A DNA stretch of 64,000 bases, from positions 14,068 to 78,067 of the forward strand of contig JAZKCE010000015.1 in NCBI GenBank assembly GCA_040388255.1. The letters are read 5' to 3'. A program made the position numbers and the translations under genes. The notes beneath the pieces were generated by a model that saw only the letters and a list, made by a program, of their open reading frames with translations, did not search any database and was not told the DNA's origin. Below, one piece after another: positions 1-9,885 of the stretch; position 1 is the first letter of the stretch; each line of letters opens with the position of its first letter. Origin of the DNA: Pseudomonadota bacterium. Its GTDB lineage: Bacteria; Pseudomonadota; Gammaproteobacteria; Burkholderiales; Burkholderiaceae_C.

Positions 1-98
1 CGCATGCAGGCAGACCTGGGCTGCGATCAGGCGAAGCAGTTCAGGTGTCATTTTTCAGGTCAAATCGCGCTGTAGCCCAATCAGAACGAGCGGTATAA

Positions 99-115
99 GC
101 TATCAAAAAAAGAGC
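99..115. repeat. family C 17-nt dyad motif (GCTAT-N7-AGAGC)
   Basis: GCTATCAAAAAAAGAGC, intergenic, downstream of the rmuC stop. Confidence 0.5.
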
Positions 116-124
116 GGGCATGGA

Positions 125-1483
125 TCAGGATGCGTCTTCTTCAGTGTCGTTATCGGCATCGGCTGAAGGCAAAAGCGCCTGCGATTGTGCTTCGGGCAGG
201 GCTTCCACGCTTTTAAGCGCACGGCGCATCTGGCGCTGCCGCGTGTCGGCCTTGTCTATGGTGTCGGACGCCTTGGCAACCTGCTCCTTGATGCGCTCCA
301 CCCATTCGCCGAAACGGTTGAACTCGGTCTTGACGGCGCCCAGCACCTTCCACACCTCGGAGGCCTGCTGCTCCAGCGCCAGCGTGCGAAAGCCCATGTG
401 CAGGCTGTTGAGCATGGCCAGCAAGGTGGTTGGCCCGGCCAGCGTCACGCGGTGCTGGCGCTGCACCGCATCCATCAGGCCGGGACGGCGCAGCACCTCG
501 GCGTACAGGCTTTCCACCGGCAGGAAGAGGATCGCAAAATCGGTCGTATGCGGCGAAGCCAGGTAGTTCTCGGCAATCGATTTCGCCTCGCTGCGGATGC
601 GCGCTTCCAGGGCCTTGCCGGCAAGTTCAACACCCGCCGGGTCAGCACGCTCGTGCGCGTCAAGCAGGCGTTCGTAATCGTCCCGCGGAAACTTCGCATC
701 TATGGGCAGCCACACCGGGGAACCGTCGGCGCTGCGCCCCGGGAAACGCACCGCAAAATCCACACGCTGGCCGCTGCGCGGTTTGGTCTCCACCTGCTTG
801 CCGTATTGTTCGGGGGTCAGCACCTGTTCCAGCAGGGCTTCAAGCTGCACCTCGCCAAAAATGCCGCGCGTCTTGACGTTGGTCAGCACCCGCTGCAGGC
901 TGCCGACGCCAACCGCCAGTGTCTGCATTTCACCCAAACCCTTGTGCACCTGGTCCAGCCGGTCGGCCACCTGCTTGAAGCTTTCGCCCAGCCGGGTCTC
1001 CAGCGTTGTCTGCAGTTTTTCATCGACCGTCTTGCGCATCTCGTCGAGCTTGGCCGAATTGGTCTGCTGCAGCTGGGCCAGCTGCTTTTCAAGGGTTTCG
1101 CGTACCTCGACCATGCGCCGCGCATTCGATTCGCTGACCGATTGCAGTTGTGTGCTCAGCGTGTCCGACAGGGTTTTCTGCAGCAGGGTCAGTTGCTGCG
1201 CAAAAGCATCGATCTGCGTGTTCTGCGTGCGTATGGCCTCCGAGCTTTGCTGCACCAGTGTCTGCTGGAAAGTCGCAAAAGTCGTTGCCAGTTCCTGCCG
1301 GCTGGCGCGCGAGTTGTCGCCCATCTCGCGCCGCAGTTCGCGCTCGAGCTTGTCGTTGCCCAGGGCCATGCCCGCAAGCAGCTCGGTCCGCGCCTGGCCG
1401 TTGTCGGCCGGCTTGCGAAGCAGCAGCCAGGCAACCAGCAGCAGGTTGACCAGCAACAGCAGGATGATCAGCCAGAGTTCCAT
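125..1483 (-). CDS. rmuC: DNA recombination protein RmuC
   Basis: 453-aa ORF (GTG 1486 / ATG 1483). N-terminal TM helix LWLIILLLLVNLLLVAWLLL, long Q/E/L-rich coiled coil, C-terminal RmuC-type region (DFAILFLPVESLYAEV). Confidence 0.85.
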   Translation of the reverse strand: MELWLIILLLLVNLLLVAWLLLRKPADNGQARTELLAGMALGNDKLERELRREMGDNSRASRQELATTFATFQQTLVQQSSEAIRTQNTQIDAFAQQLTLLQKTLSDTLSTQLQSVSESNARRMVEVRETLEKQLAQLQQTNSAKLDEMRKTVDEKLQTTLETRLGESFKQVADRLDQVHKGLGEMQTLAVGVGSLQRVLTNVKTRGIFGEVQLEALLEQVLTPEQYGKQVETKPRSGQRVDFAVRFPGRSADGSPVWLPIDAKFPRDDYERLLDAHERADPAGVELAGKALEARIRSEAKSIAENYLASPHTTDFAILFLPVESLYAEVLRRPGLMDAVQRQHRVTLAGPTTLLAMLNSLHMGFRTLALEQQASEVWKVLGAVKTEFNRFGEWVERIKEQVAKASDTIDKADTRQRQMRRALKSVEALPEAQSQALLPSADADNDTEEDAS

Positions 1484-1511
1484 CACATAGACCTTTGCAT
1501 GCTATTTTTCT

Positions 1512-1528
1512 GCTATTTATTTGCTAGC
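1512..1528. repeat. family C motif (GCTAT-N7-CTAGC)
   Basis: GCTATTTATTTGCTAGC followed by TAGCTGCGCAGC. Overlaps the stop of the dehydrogenase gene. Confidence 0.45.
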
Positions 1529-2503
1529 TAGCTGCGCAGCATTGATGGGGGACAGTGGCACTTTTCCTTCAAAAAATGCGATCAGGTTATCGGCCGCCAA
1601 GCTGGCCATGGCCAGGCGTGTCGGCATGGTGGCGCTGGCGATATGCGGCGTCAACACCACATTGGACAACGCGAGCAGGTCCGGATGTACCTTGGGCTCG
1701 CCCTCAAACACGTCCAGGCCCGCCGCCGCGATGCGCTTGTCGCGCAAGGCGGCTGCCAGCGCCACATCGTCGACGATGCCGCCGCGTGCGATGTTGACCA
1801 GCGTGGCCGTGGTTTTCATCATGGCCAGTTCGGCCGCGCCTATGGTGTGGTGCGACGCCGGGGAATAAGGCACAACCAGCACCACGTGGTCGGCGGTCTT
1901 GAGCAGTTCTTCCTTGCTGACATAACTGGCCTTGCATTCGGCTTCAAGCGCGGCGCCCAGGCGCGAGCGGTTGTGGTAAATCACCTTCATGCCGAAACCA
2001 AACGCACCGCGCCTGGCAATACCCTGGCCGATGCGGCCCATGCCCATGATGCCCAGGGTGGAGCCGTGGATGTCGGAGCCCGCAAACATGTCGTAACGCC
2101 ATTTGCCCCACTTGCCGGCACGCAGGTAATGCTCGCTCTCGGTGACGCGGCGGGCCGCCGCCATCACCAGCGCAAAACCGAAATCGGCCGTGGTTTCTGT
2201 CAGCACATCGGGCGCGTTGGTGGCCAGCACACCGGCCGCCGTCATGGCGTCGATGTCAAAGTTGTTGTAGCCCACCGCCATGTTGGCGCAGATTTTGAGA
2301 TGAGGACAGGCCGCCAGCACCTCGGCATCAATGCGGTCGCTGCCGGTCGTGAAAGCGCCCTGCTTGCCTTGCAATTTTTCTGCAAGCTGGATCTTGCTCC
2401 AGGTTTCGTCGGCCTGGTTGGACTCGACTTCAAAGTGTTGTTCCAGCCTGGCGATGATTTCAGGAAAAACGGCCCGGGCGACAAGTATTTTTGGTTTGCT
2501 CAT
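1517..2503 (-). CDS. D-isomer 2-hydroxyacid dehydrogenase (glyoxylate/hydroxypyruvate reductase-like)
   Basis: 328 aa with NAD-binding GxGxxG (GIMGMGRIGQGIARRG). GhrB-like family architecture. Confidence 0.85.
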   Translation of the reverse strand: MSKPKILVARAVFPEIIARLEQHFEVESNQADETWSKIQLAEKLQGKQGAFTTGSDRIDAEVLAACPHLKICANMAVGYNNFDIDAMTAAGVLATNAPDVLTETTADFGFALVMAAARRVTESEHYLRAGKWGKWRYDMFAGSDIHGSTLGIMGMGRIGQGIARRGAFGFGMKVIYHNRSRLGAALEAECKASYVSKEELLKTADHVVLVVPYSPASHHTIGAAELAMMKTTATLVNIARGGIVDDVALAAALRDKRIAAAGLDVFEGEPKVHPDLLALSNVVLTPHIASATMPTRLAMASLAADNLIAFFEGKVPLSPINAAQLASK

Positions 2504-2528
2504 GAATGGTTATCGACTTTCTTGCGTT

Positions 2529-3938
2529 TTATTTGAACCAGATAAAGGTCATGATGATAAAAAGGGGAATCAGGACCGCGCCCGACCATGCCATATAGCC
2601 CAGAAAGCCCGGCATTTTGATGCCGCGCTCTTCCGCAACGGCCTTGACCATCATGTTCGGGGCGTTGCCGATATAGGAGTTGGCTCCCATAAAAACAGCA
2701 CCGGCGGAAATGGCAGCAAGTGTAGGCGCCAGCGTGGTCATGAGCGTGGCCGGATCACCGCCTGCCGTGTTGAAAAACACCAGGTAGGTCGGCGCGTTGT
2801 CCAGGAAGGAACTCAGCGCGCCAGTGGCCCAGAAATACATCGCCGGATCGGGCTGGCCGTCGGGCCGGGTGACGGCGGCGATGACAGCACCAAAAGGGCC
2901 ATGCACACCGGCCTTGAGCATGGCAATCACCGGGATGATGGTCAAGAAGATGCCTGCAAACAGCTTGGCGACTTCCTGTATGGGCCCCCAGGAAAACTGG
3001 TTGTCCCGGTGCACTTTTGCCGATGTGGCGTAAAGCGAGACCAGGGTCACGACGATCAAGCCGGCATCGCGCACCAGGCCGGGCAGGCCGATCTGCGTGC
3101 CCATGACATCAAATACCAGCGCAGATTTCCAGAAGCCGCTGAGCAGCACCAGCCCCACCACGGCCGCCAGCAGCCAGAAGTTCACCATGCCGTCAAAGCC
3201 TAAACGGCGCGTGTCCGGCGTCGGGTCAAGCGGCAGCACACCTTCCCTGCTGTAGTACCAGCGGTCGATCGCGTAAAAAACCAGCAGCAGGCTGCCGACC
3301 AGAAACAGGGTTTCGGGAAAGATATGGCTCACCGTCCAGAAAAAATCAACGCCCTGCAAAAACCCGAGAAACAGCGGCGGGTCGCCCAGCGGCGTCAGGG
3401 AACCGCCCGCGTTGGATACAAGAAAGATAAAAAACACCACCACATGCGCCTTGTGCACGCGGTTGTCGTTGGCGCGAATCAGGGGGCGAATCATCAGCAT
3501 GGACGCGCCCGTCGTTCCCATGAAACTCGCCAGCACGGTGCCTATCGCCAGGATCGCGGTATTCAGGGCCGGGCTGCCATGCAGGTTGCCGCGAATGAAG
3601 ATGCCTCCGGCGACGGTGTACAGCGCGGTGAGCAGGATGATGAAGGGCAGGTACTCGGCCAGCATCGCATGCACCAGGCTGCTGCCGGCCAGGGCCGGGC
3701 CGAACAGCGCCGCAAAGGGCAGGAAAAAGGCCAGCGTCCAGGCGGCCGACACCTTGCCGAAATGGTGGTGCCAGAACGAGGGCAGCCACAAAGGCATCAG
3801 CGCAATCGACAGCAGCAGGCCCGCAAAGGGAATGCCCCAATACACCGACAGCCGGCTGCCATCAAAATCAGCAGCCATCGCCAGCCCGGGTAAAAATACC
3901 AGTCCAACAAACACCGCAACCCAGCGCAAACCCTTCAC
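2529..3938 (-). CDS. ArsB/NhaD-superfamily permease (homologues usually annotated sodium:proton antiporter)
   Basis: Polytopic membrane protein. Start moved to GTG 3938, preceded by AAGGAG. The longer ORF-track N-terminus overlaps pncB and looks non-coding. Confidence 0.7.
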   Translation of the reverse strand: MKGLRWVAVFVGLVFLPGLAMAADFDGSRLSVYWGIPFAGLLLSIALMPLWLPSFWHHHFGKVSAAWTLAFFLPFAALFGPALAGSSLVHAMLAEYLPFIILLTALYTVAGGIFIRGNLHGSPALNTAILAIGTVLASFMGTTGASMLMIRPLIRANDNRVHKAHVVVFFIFLVSNAGGSLTPLGDPPLFLGFLQGVDFFWTVSHIFPETLFLVGSLLLVFYAIDRWYYSREGVLPLDPTPDTRRLGFDGMVNFWLLAAVVGLVLLSGFWKSALVFDVMGTQIGLPGLVRDAGLIVVTLVSLYATSAKVHRDNQFSWGPIQEVAKLFAGIFLTIIPVIAMLKAGVHGPFGAVIAAVTRPDGQPDPAMYFWATGALSSFLDNAPTYLVFFNTAGGDPATLMTTLAPTLAAISAGAVFMGANSYIGNAPNMMVKAVAEERGIKMPGFLGYMAWSGAVLIPLFIIMTFIWFK

Positions 3939-4044
3939 TTCTGTCTCCTTGTATTTTTGTAATATCTGCCCGGCGCCCGGAAAGTCGCAGCGTGTCAAAC
4001 CCTGCAGCAGCAAGGCCCCGACTCTGCGCACAGCTTGACCGGGA

Positions 4045-5232
4045 TCAGACAATCTCGAACACCTGCCGCAGGTAGGCCAGGTATTTTTCGTCCTCGCACA
4101 TGCTCTTGGACGGCGTGTCCGACAGTTTGGCAACCGGCTGGCCATTGCAGCGAACCATCTTGATGACGATTTGCAGCGGCTCGTAGCCCAGGTCGTTGGT
4201 CAGGTTGGTGCCAATGCCGAAGGCCAGCTGGCAACGCCCCTTGAACTGCCGGTACAGCGCTATGGTGCGCGGCACGGTCAGGCCATCGCTGAAGATCAGG
4301 GTCTTGGTCAAGGGGTCCACGCGGTTCTTCGCATAATGCGCGAGCATGCGTTCGCCCCACTGGAACGGGTCACCGCTGTCGTGGCGCGCGCCATCGAAGA
4401 GTTTGCAGAAATACATGTCGAAGTCGCGTAGAAAGGCGCTCATGCCGTAGACGTCGCTCAGCGCAATGCCCAGGTCGCCCCGGTACTCCTTGGCCCAGGA
4501 CTCAAAGCCAAACACCTGGCTGTCACGCAAACGCGGACCCAGGGCCTGACAGGCCTGCAGGTACTCATGCGCCATGGTGCCCAGCGGCGTCAGGCCCAGC
4601 TTCATGGCGTACAGCACATTGCTGGTGCCCGCAAGCTGTCCCTGCCGCCCTGTGCCCAGGCGCGCCATCAAGGTGCGCAACACCTCTTCGTGCCAGGCAT
4701 TGCTGAAGCGCCGGCGCGTGCCGTAGTCTGCAATTTTGAGCTCACGCAAGCCGTCGGCCTGCAGCTCCAGGATTTTGGTGTCCAGCCGCTTGCGGCCCTC
4801 GGCCAGATCGGGCTTCTTGCAGGTATTACGAAAGTAGACCTCGTTGATGATGGCCAGCACCGGAATCTCAAATGGGATGGTGTGCAGCCACGGCCCCTTG
4901 ATGGAGACCTCGATCTCGCCGCTCGGCAAGGCTGTGACGTCCACATATTTTTCATTGAGCTTGAAGATGCCCAGAAAATCAACAAAGTCACTTTTGATAA
5001 ACCGCAGGCTCTTCAGGTAGGCCAGTTCGGCATCCTGAAAACGCAGGCTGCAAAGCCCACGAATTTCCTCACGGATCTCATTGACAAACGGAGCCAGCGG
5101 CGCAATGCCGGGGGCGCCCGCGTTGCGACACTTGAACTTGTACTCGACCTCCGCAGCGGGAAACTGATGCAGGACGGCCTGCATCATGGTGAATTTGTAG
5201 AGGTCGGTGTCGAGCAGGCTGGTGATGATCAT
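4045..5232 (-). CDS. pncB: nicotinate phosphoribosyltransferase
   Basis: N-terminus [20 protein letters not shown] is typical of PncB. ATG 5232 is preceded by GGAGG. The ORF-track extension runs into a repeat-derived leader. Confidence 0.9.
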   Translation of the reverse strand: MIITSLLDTDLYKFTMMQAVLHQFPAAEVEYKFKCRNAGAPGIAPLAPFVNEIREEIRGLCSLRFQDAELAYLKSLRFIKSDFVDFLGIFKLNEKYVDVTALPSGEIEVSIKGPWLHTIPFEIPVLAIINEVYFRNTCKKPDLAEGRKRLDTKILELQADGLRELKIADYGTRRRFSNAWHEEVLRTLMARLGTGRQGQLAGTSNVLYAMKLGLTPLGTMAHEYLQACQALGPRLRDSQVFGFESWAKEYRGDLGIALSDVYGMSAFLRDFDMYFCKLFDGARHDSGDPFQWGERMLAHYAKNRVDPLTKTLIFSDGLTVPRTIALYRQFKGRCQLAFGIGTNLTNDLGYEPLQIVIKMVRCNGQPVAKLSDTPSKSMCEDEKYLAYLRQVFEIV

Positions 5233-5243
5233 GGGTACCTCCG

Positions 5244-5300
5244 TAAATTCATTTTTCGGGCGAATTGCTGCGTTGTGATGTGCTCGCAATCCTCATGTAC
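5244..5300. repeat. repeat family A, truncated copy (left half only)
   Basis: TAAATTCATTTTTCGGGCGAATTGCTGCGTTGTGATGTGCTCGCAATCCTCATGTAC aligns with the left halves of the copies at 12184 and 14386. Confidence 0.75.
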
Positions 5301-5341
5301 ACAAGGCTGGTGATGATCATGGGCACCTCAGCCCGCAGGAC

Positions 5342-5689
5342 TTAGCCGAGGAAATCCACCTCGAACAGCAAGGTGGCATTCGGTGGAATCACACCGCCCG
5401 CACCGCGCGCGCCGTAGCCCAGCTCAGCCGGGATGATCAGGCGACGCGTGCCGCCCACCGACATGCCCTGCACGCCTTCGTCCCAGCCCTTGATGACCTG
5501 GCCGGCACCCAATGAAAATTCGAACGGCTGGCCGCGGTCCTTGCTGGAATCAAACTTGGCGCCCTGCACGCCGTCGTTGTACAGCCAGCCGGTGTAATGC
5601 ACCCTGACGTTTTGCCCGGCCTTGGCGATGGCGCCGGTGCCGAGAACGGTGTCTTCGTATTGCAGGCCGGAGGAAGTGGTGGTGGTCAT
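5342..5689 (-). CDS. FKBP-type peptidyl-prolyl cis-trans isomerase
   Basis: 115 aa with FKBP domain signature VIKGWDEGVQGMSVGGTRRLIIPAELGYG. Confidence 0.9.
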   Translation of the reverse strand: MTTTTSSGLQYEDTVLGTGAIAKAGQNVRVHYTGWLYNDGVQGAKFDSSKDRGQPFEFSLGAGQVIKGWDEGVQGMSVGGTRRLIIPAELGYGARGAGGVIPPNATLLFEVDFLG

Positions 5690-5796
5690 GATGGGGTCTT
5701 TCTAAAAATGAAATTGCGTCACGGCCCTGTTCCGGATGGAACGGGCCTGCAACGCAGGGTAAAAAAATGAAACAAAAAGCAGGAATCGCAGGCTTT

Positions 5797-6450
5797 TCAT
5801 GAACCCCTGACTTTACCTGCAACCAGCACAAGCAGCCGGTCGGCGACCGCGGCGAGCAACTGGTTTTGTTCGGCGACCAGCATGGGCATGCCATCGGCTT
5901 TCAGGGCCAGCAAGGCATCGCGTATGGATTCGACCAGCACCGGGGCAATGCCTTCGCAGGGCTCGTCGAGCAGCAGCAGCCTGGGGCCGGTCATCAGCGT
6001 GCGGGCAATTGCCAGCATTTGCTGCTCGCCGCCGCTCATGTGCGCAGCCGGACGCTTGAGCATGGTTTTCAAAACCGGAAACAGGTCCAGCACCCTCGCC
6101 TCCTGCGCCGAGGCGTCCCGACCGGCGGCTACCTGCAGGTTTTCGCGCACGCTCAAGCCGGTAAACAGGCGCCGGTCCTCCGCCACATAACCCAGGCCGG
6201 CCCTGGCCCGCAAATGCGTTTCCCAATGCTGGATGTCCGTGCGCCCGTCCGTGCGCTCCACCTGTGCCTGGTAGCTGATGCGGCCGCGTGTTGTCACGTC
6301 CAGGCCCATCAGCGCCTTGAGCAGCGTGGACTTGCCCGCGCCATTCAGCCCCTGCAGCACAACAAATTCGCCAGCCCCGACCTGCAGCGACACATCAAAC
6401 AGGGCTTGCGCCGGCCCATAAAAGGCATTGAGTTTTTCCACCTCAAGCAT
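5797..6450 (-). CDS. livF: branched-chain amino acid (HAAT-family) ABC transporter ATP-binding protein, LivF-type
   Basis: Walker A GLNGAGKSTLLK and ABC signature MSGGEQQMLAIAR. ATG 6450 overlaps the upstream stop (ATGCTTGA). Confidence 0.85.
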   Translation of the reverse strand: MLEVEKLNAFYGPAQALFDVSLQVGAGEFVVLQGLNGAGKSTLLKALMGLDVTTRGRISYQAQVERTDGRTDIQHWETHLRARAGLGYVAEDRRLFTGLSVRENLQVAAGRDASAQEARVLDLFPVLKTMLKRPAAHMSGGEQQMLAIARTLMTGPRLLLLDEPCEGIAPVLVESIRDALLALKADGMPMLVAEQNQLLAAVADRLLVLVAGKVRGS

Positions 6451-7198
6451 GGGCCGCCCCCCTGCCGACATCACCGAGGTAACGCCTGCGCACGGTGCTG
6501 TCGCGGGAAATTTCTTCAAACGAGCCCTGCGCCGCAAGCCGGCCTTCAATCAGCACCAGCACGCGGTCGGCGACTTCCGCCACGGCATCCATGTTGTGCT
6601 CGGTGTAAAGCACGGCCATGCCCTGGTGCGCCAGGTCCTTGACCAGCCGCATCAAGCCCGTACGTTCTTCTTCGGCCAGGCCCGCCGCGGGCTCGTCCAG
6701 CAGCAGCAGGCGCGGGCCGGCCGCCAGAGCCACGGCCAGCTCCAACCGCTTTTTTGCGCCATAGGGCAAACTCAGCACGTCCTGGCCGGCAAGCGCCTGC
6801 AGGCCGGTTTTTTCGAGCAGCGCAGCGGCCGTGTCATGCGACTGCGCGTCCAGCGATTTAAAAGCAGAAATGGCCTGTAACCCCCGTGGTACCTGCGCAG
6901 CCAGCTGCACATTTTGTAGCACGGTCAACGCCTCAAAGACTTGCGCCACCTGGAATGTGCGGGCCACACCCTGGCGCAAACGCGCCGCGGGCGCCAGGCC
7001 GTTCAACACCTTGCCGTCCCAGACTATGCTCCCGGCGGTGGGCTGGTACTGGCCCGCCATGCAGGCAAAACAGGTGGATTTTCCGGCGCCGTTAGGACCT
7101 ATCAATGCCACGCACTCGCCGGCTGCAAGCTCAAAGCTCACGCCGTCCACGGCCTTGATGCCGCCAAAGTGCTTGACCAGGTTCTGGACTTGCAGCAT
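6443..7198 (-). CDS. livG: HAAT-family ABC transporter ATP-binding protein, LivG-type
   Basis: Walker A GPNGAGKSTCF and signature LPYGAKKRLELA. Start overlaps the permease stop by 1 nt (TGATG). Confidence 0.85.
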   Translation of the reverse strand: MLQVQNLVKHFGGIKAVDGVSFELAAGECVALIGPNGAGKSTCFACMAGQYQPTAGSIVWDGKVLNGLAPAARLRQGVARTFQVAQVFEALTVLQNVQLAAQVPRGLQAISAFKSLDAQSHDTAAALLEKTGLQALAGQDVLSLPYGAKKRLELAVALAAGPRLLLLDEPAAGLAEEERTGLMRLVKDLAHQGMAVLYTEHNMDAVAEVADRVLVLIEGRLAAQGSFEEISRDSTVRRRYLGDVGRGAAHA

Positions 7199-9072
7199 CA
7201 GGCAGCCCCGCCCGGAAAAACACGCCGGCCCGGCGCGCGCAAGCGGTTCAGCAGCGACAGCAGGCCGGACGGCGCGGCCACCATGATCAGCATGATGAAC
7301 AGACCCAGCAGGCCGCGCCAGTAGGTCACGTCACGGCCCAGTTCAGCGCCGGCGTAGCTGAGTACCGCGCTGCCCGCCACGGCGCCCCAGAGCTGGTGCA
7401 CCCCACCCAGCAGCACTACCAGCAAGGCATCCACCGAGGTGGACACGGCGGCCACCGAAGGAAAAACCGCACCCTTGTGCGCGGCAACCAGGCCGCCGGC
7501 CAGGCCCGCCAGCACGGCGCTCTCTACAAACACCCGGTACTTGAGCCAGCCCACCGGCAGGCCGGATGCGGCTGCGCGCAAAGGCGCATCACGCAGAGCC
7601 TGCAGGGCTGCGCCCATGACGGAGCAGCCGAGCAGGCGCAGCGCAAAAACAGCGAGCAGCGCCAGCGCCACCAGCAAGGCATAAAAGAGCGGCCGGCCCT
7701 CGTCGCCCACCAGCGTGAGCCCGATCAGGCCGTTGTCGCCGCCGGTCAGGCCGACCCACTGCGTCGCGCCGGCCCAGACCACCTGCGCCAGCGCCAGCGA
7801 CAGCATGGCCAGGTACACCCCGGCGCTGCGCACCACGGCCGCGCCAAACACGGCGGCGACCAGCAGCGCCGCAGCACAGCCGGCCGCCAGCGCCAACGGC
7901 AGGGATGCGCCCCACAGGCTGTGCGACAGCGCCGCACCATAGGCGCCCAGCGCAAAAAACGCCGCATGCCCAAAACTGACCAGGCCGCCCAGGGCCATCA
8001 TGGACTGCAGGCTGATGCCAAAAATCATCAGGATCAGCGCATCGGCGGCCAGCGATTGCCAATAAGGCCCGCCCCACCAGGCCACGCAGGCCAGCAGGAC
8101 AAAACACACAACGATGACCGAGCTGGGCAAAACGCCCAGCTTGAGCCCCCTGAATTTTTGCGCGGCTTCGCGGGGCACCTCCAGCGCAGACGGCGGCAGG
8201 CCAAACAGCCCCTGCGGGCGAAACACCAGCACCACCGCCATGGTGAGGAACACCAGCACCAGCGTGGCCTGCGGGAACACGCTGATGCCGAATGCGTGAA
8301 CCATGCCGATCAGCAGGGCTGCGACAAACGCGCCACCTATGCTGCCCAGGCCGCCCGTGACGACCACCACAAAGGTCTCCACAATCACGTTCATGTCCAT
8401 CTGCAGGTGAGCGGGTTCACGCGGCAACTGAAGCGCCCCGCCCAAGCCGGCCAGCGCACAACCAAGCACAACCGCGCCCAGCATCAGCGGCTTGGGATTC
8501 ACGCCCAGCGCGGCAAGCATGTGACGGTCCTGCGTGGCAGCGCGCAGGCGCCTGCCAAACAGCGAATGTTTCAACAGAAGATGCAGGCCCAGCCAGACCA
8601 GCGGACCCAGCACAATCATCACCAGCTGGTACGCCGGGAAAAAGTCCTCGCCTATCTGCACCGCGCCCTTGAGCCCCGGGAAACGCGGCGCAAACACCTC
8701 GTCAACGCCAAACGCCCACTGCATGGCGTCATGCATGGCCAGGCTCAGGCCGAAGGTTGCCACCAGCTGGTACAACTCGGGCGCGCCCGCCATCCGCCTT
8801 AGAAGAAAGAATTCGGCCACAGCCCCCGCCACTGCAGCGCAGGCAGCTCCAAAAACAATAGCAAAAAGGTAAAGCGGCGCGCTCTCACCCCAGGCCGGAA
8901 ACCAGTTGCTGACCCAGTGCGCGGTGAACAGCGCGCCCAGCATGAAAAAGCTGCCGTGGGCAAAATTGACAATGCGTGTGACCCCAAAAATAAGGGTCAG
9001 GCCGGCCGCCATCAGGAACAGCGTGGTGGCATAAGACAGTCCACCCAGCAGTTGAATGACGGAAAACGTCAT
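7198..9072 (-). CDS. fused LivH/LivM-type ABC transporter permease
   Basis: 624 aa. The N-terminal half is LivH-like (LTLIFGVTRIVNFAHGSF) and the C-terminal half is LivM-like (GLVSFGHAAFFALGAYG). Confidence 0.8.
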   Translation of the reverse strand: MTFSVIQLLGGLSYATTLFLMAAGLTLIFGVTRIVNFAHGSFFMLGALFTAHWVSNWFPAWGESAPLYLFAIVFGAACAAVAGAVAEFFLLRRMAGAPELYQLVATFGLSLAMHDAMQWAFGVDEVFAPRFPGLKGAVQIGEDFFPAYQLVMIVLGPLVWLGLHLLLKHSLFGRRLRAATQDRHMLAALGVNPKPLMLGAVVLGCALAGLGGALQLPREPAHLQMDMNVIVETFVVVVTGGLGSIGGAFVAALLIGMVHAFGISVFPQATLVLVFLTMAVVLVFRPQGLFGLPPSALEVPREAAQKFRGLKLGVLPSSVIVVCFVLLACVAWWGGPYWQSLAADALILMIFGISLQSMMALGGLVSFGHAAFFALGAYGAALSHSLWGASLPLALAAGCAAALLVAAVFGAAVVRSAGVYLAMLSLALAQVVWAGATQWVGLTGGDNGLIGLTLVGDEGRPLFYALLVALALLAVFALRLLGCSVMGAALQALRDAPLRAAASGLPVGWLKYRVFVESAVLAGLAGGLVAAHKGAVFPSVAAVSTSVDALLVVLLGGVHQLWGAVAGSAVLSYAGAELGRDVTYWRGLLGLFIMLIMVAAPSGLLSLLNRLRAPGRRVFPGGAA

Positions 9073-9108
9073 GCGCTCAACTTGGCCTTGCGCGCATCAG
9101 CCATCAAT

Positions 9109-9885
9109 CTAGTCCAGCCAAGTGGTGAACTCGCGGGCACTGACGCGCGGCGTGCGAAAGGTATTTACCAGCGCGGTTTCATCCGCATAACCCAACGACA
9201 TGCCGCAGACCAGCATCTCGCTTTCAGCGGCGCCAACGTGCGGCAATATGATTTTGGCAAAGCCGTTCCAGGCGGCCTGCGGGCAGGTGTGCAGGCCATG
9301 GCCGCGCGCGGCGACCATGAAGTTTTGCAGGAAGGCGCCGTAGTCCAGCAGGCTGCCGCGGCCCATGACCCGGTCCATCGTGAACATCAGGCCCACGGGC
9401 GCGTCGAAAAAGCGGTAATTGCGCTGGTGCTGCGCATGCATCTTGTCCTTGTCGCCCTTGGTGATGCCCAGCAGGCCGTACAGGCCCCAGCCGTTTTCAC
9501 GGCGCCGGTCAATATAGGGCGACACCCATTTTTCAGGGTAATAGTCGTATTCCTCTTTGTACTCGGCGGCCAGTTCGGGGTTGGCACGCAAGGCATCATG
9601 GGCCTGGCAGACTTTTTCAACCAGGCGATCCTTGCTCGCGCCCTGCAGCACATAGGCTTTCCAGGGCTGGGTGTTGGTGCCCGAGGGCGCGCGGCTGGCG
9701 ACTTCCAGCAGGTGTTCTATGGTGGCGCGCGGCACAGGCGCAGGCAGGAACTCGCGCATGGACTGGCGGCTTTCTATCGCGTGGTCCACCGCGTTGACGG
9801 CAGGGGCAAACACGCTGCCCGAGGCATCCACGGCGGCAAAGTCGCCGGCAAGCACGGCGGCTGGGGAATTCACGGTTGGCTTCAT
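9109..9885 (-). CDS. nitroreductase family protein
   Basis: 258 aa with family-level resemblance to NAD(P)H nitroreductases. Start overlaps the thioesterase stop (ATGA). Confidence 0.75.
   Translation of the reverse strand: MKPTVNSPAAVLAGDFAAVDASGSVFAPAVNAVDHAIESRQSMREFLPAPVPRATIEHLLEVASRAPSGTNTQPWKAYVLQGASKDRLVEKVCQAHDALRANPELAAEYKEEYDYYPEKWVSPYIDRRRENGWGLYGLLGITKGDKDKMHAQHQRNYRFFDAPVGLMFTMDRVMGRGSLLDYGAFLQNFMVAARGHGLHTCPQAAWNGFAKIILPHVGAAESEMLVCGMSLGYADETALVNTFRTPRVSAREFTTWLD

Noticed and set aside
1-51. Possible 5' end of a minus-strand gene leaving the window (ATG at 51..49, MTPELLRLIAAQVCLHA...)
   Set aside because: Only 17 codons are visible and there is no convincing SD. It cannot be supported from this window.
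3939-4145. N-terminal 69-codon extension of the permease ORF (track start 4145)
   Set aside because: It overlaps the 3' end of pncB and is Arg/Cys-rich and non-membrane-like. A GTG with a perfect AAGGAG lies at 3938, directly before the first TM helix.
5216-5329. Interpreting the 26-nt direct repeat as a transposition target-site duplication of the family A element
   Set aside because: It is far longer than known target-site duplications, and the enclosed element is only a half copy. A recombination or replication-slippage origin is more likely.
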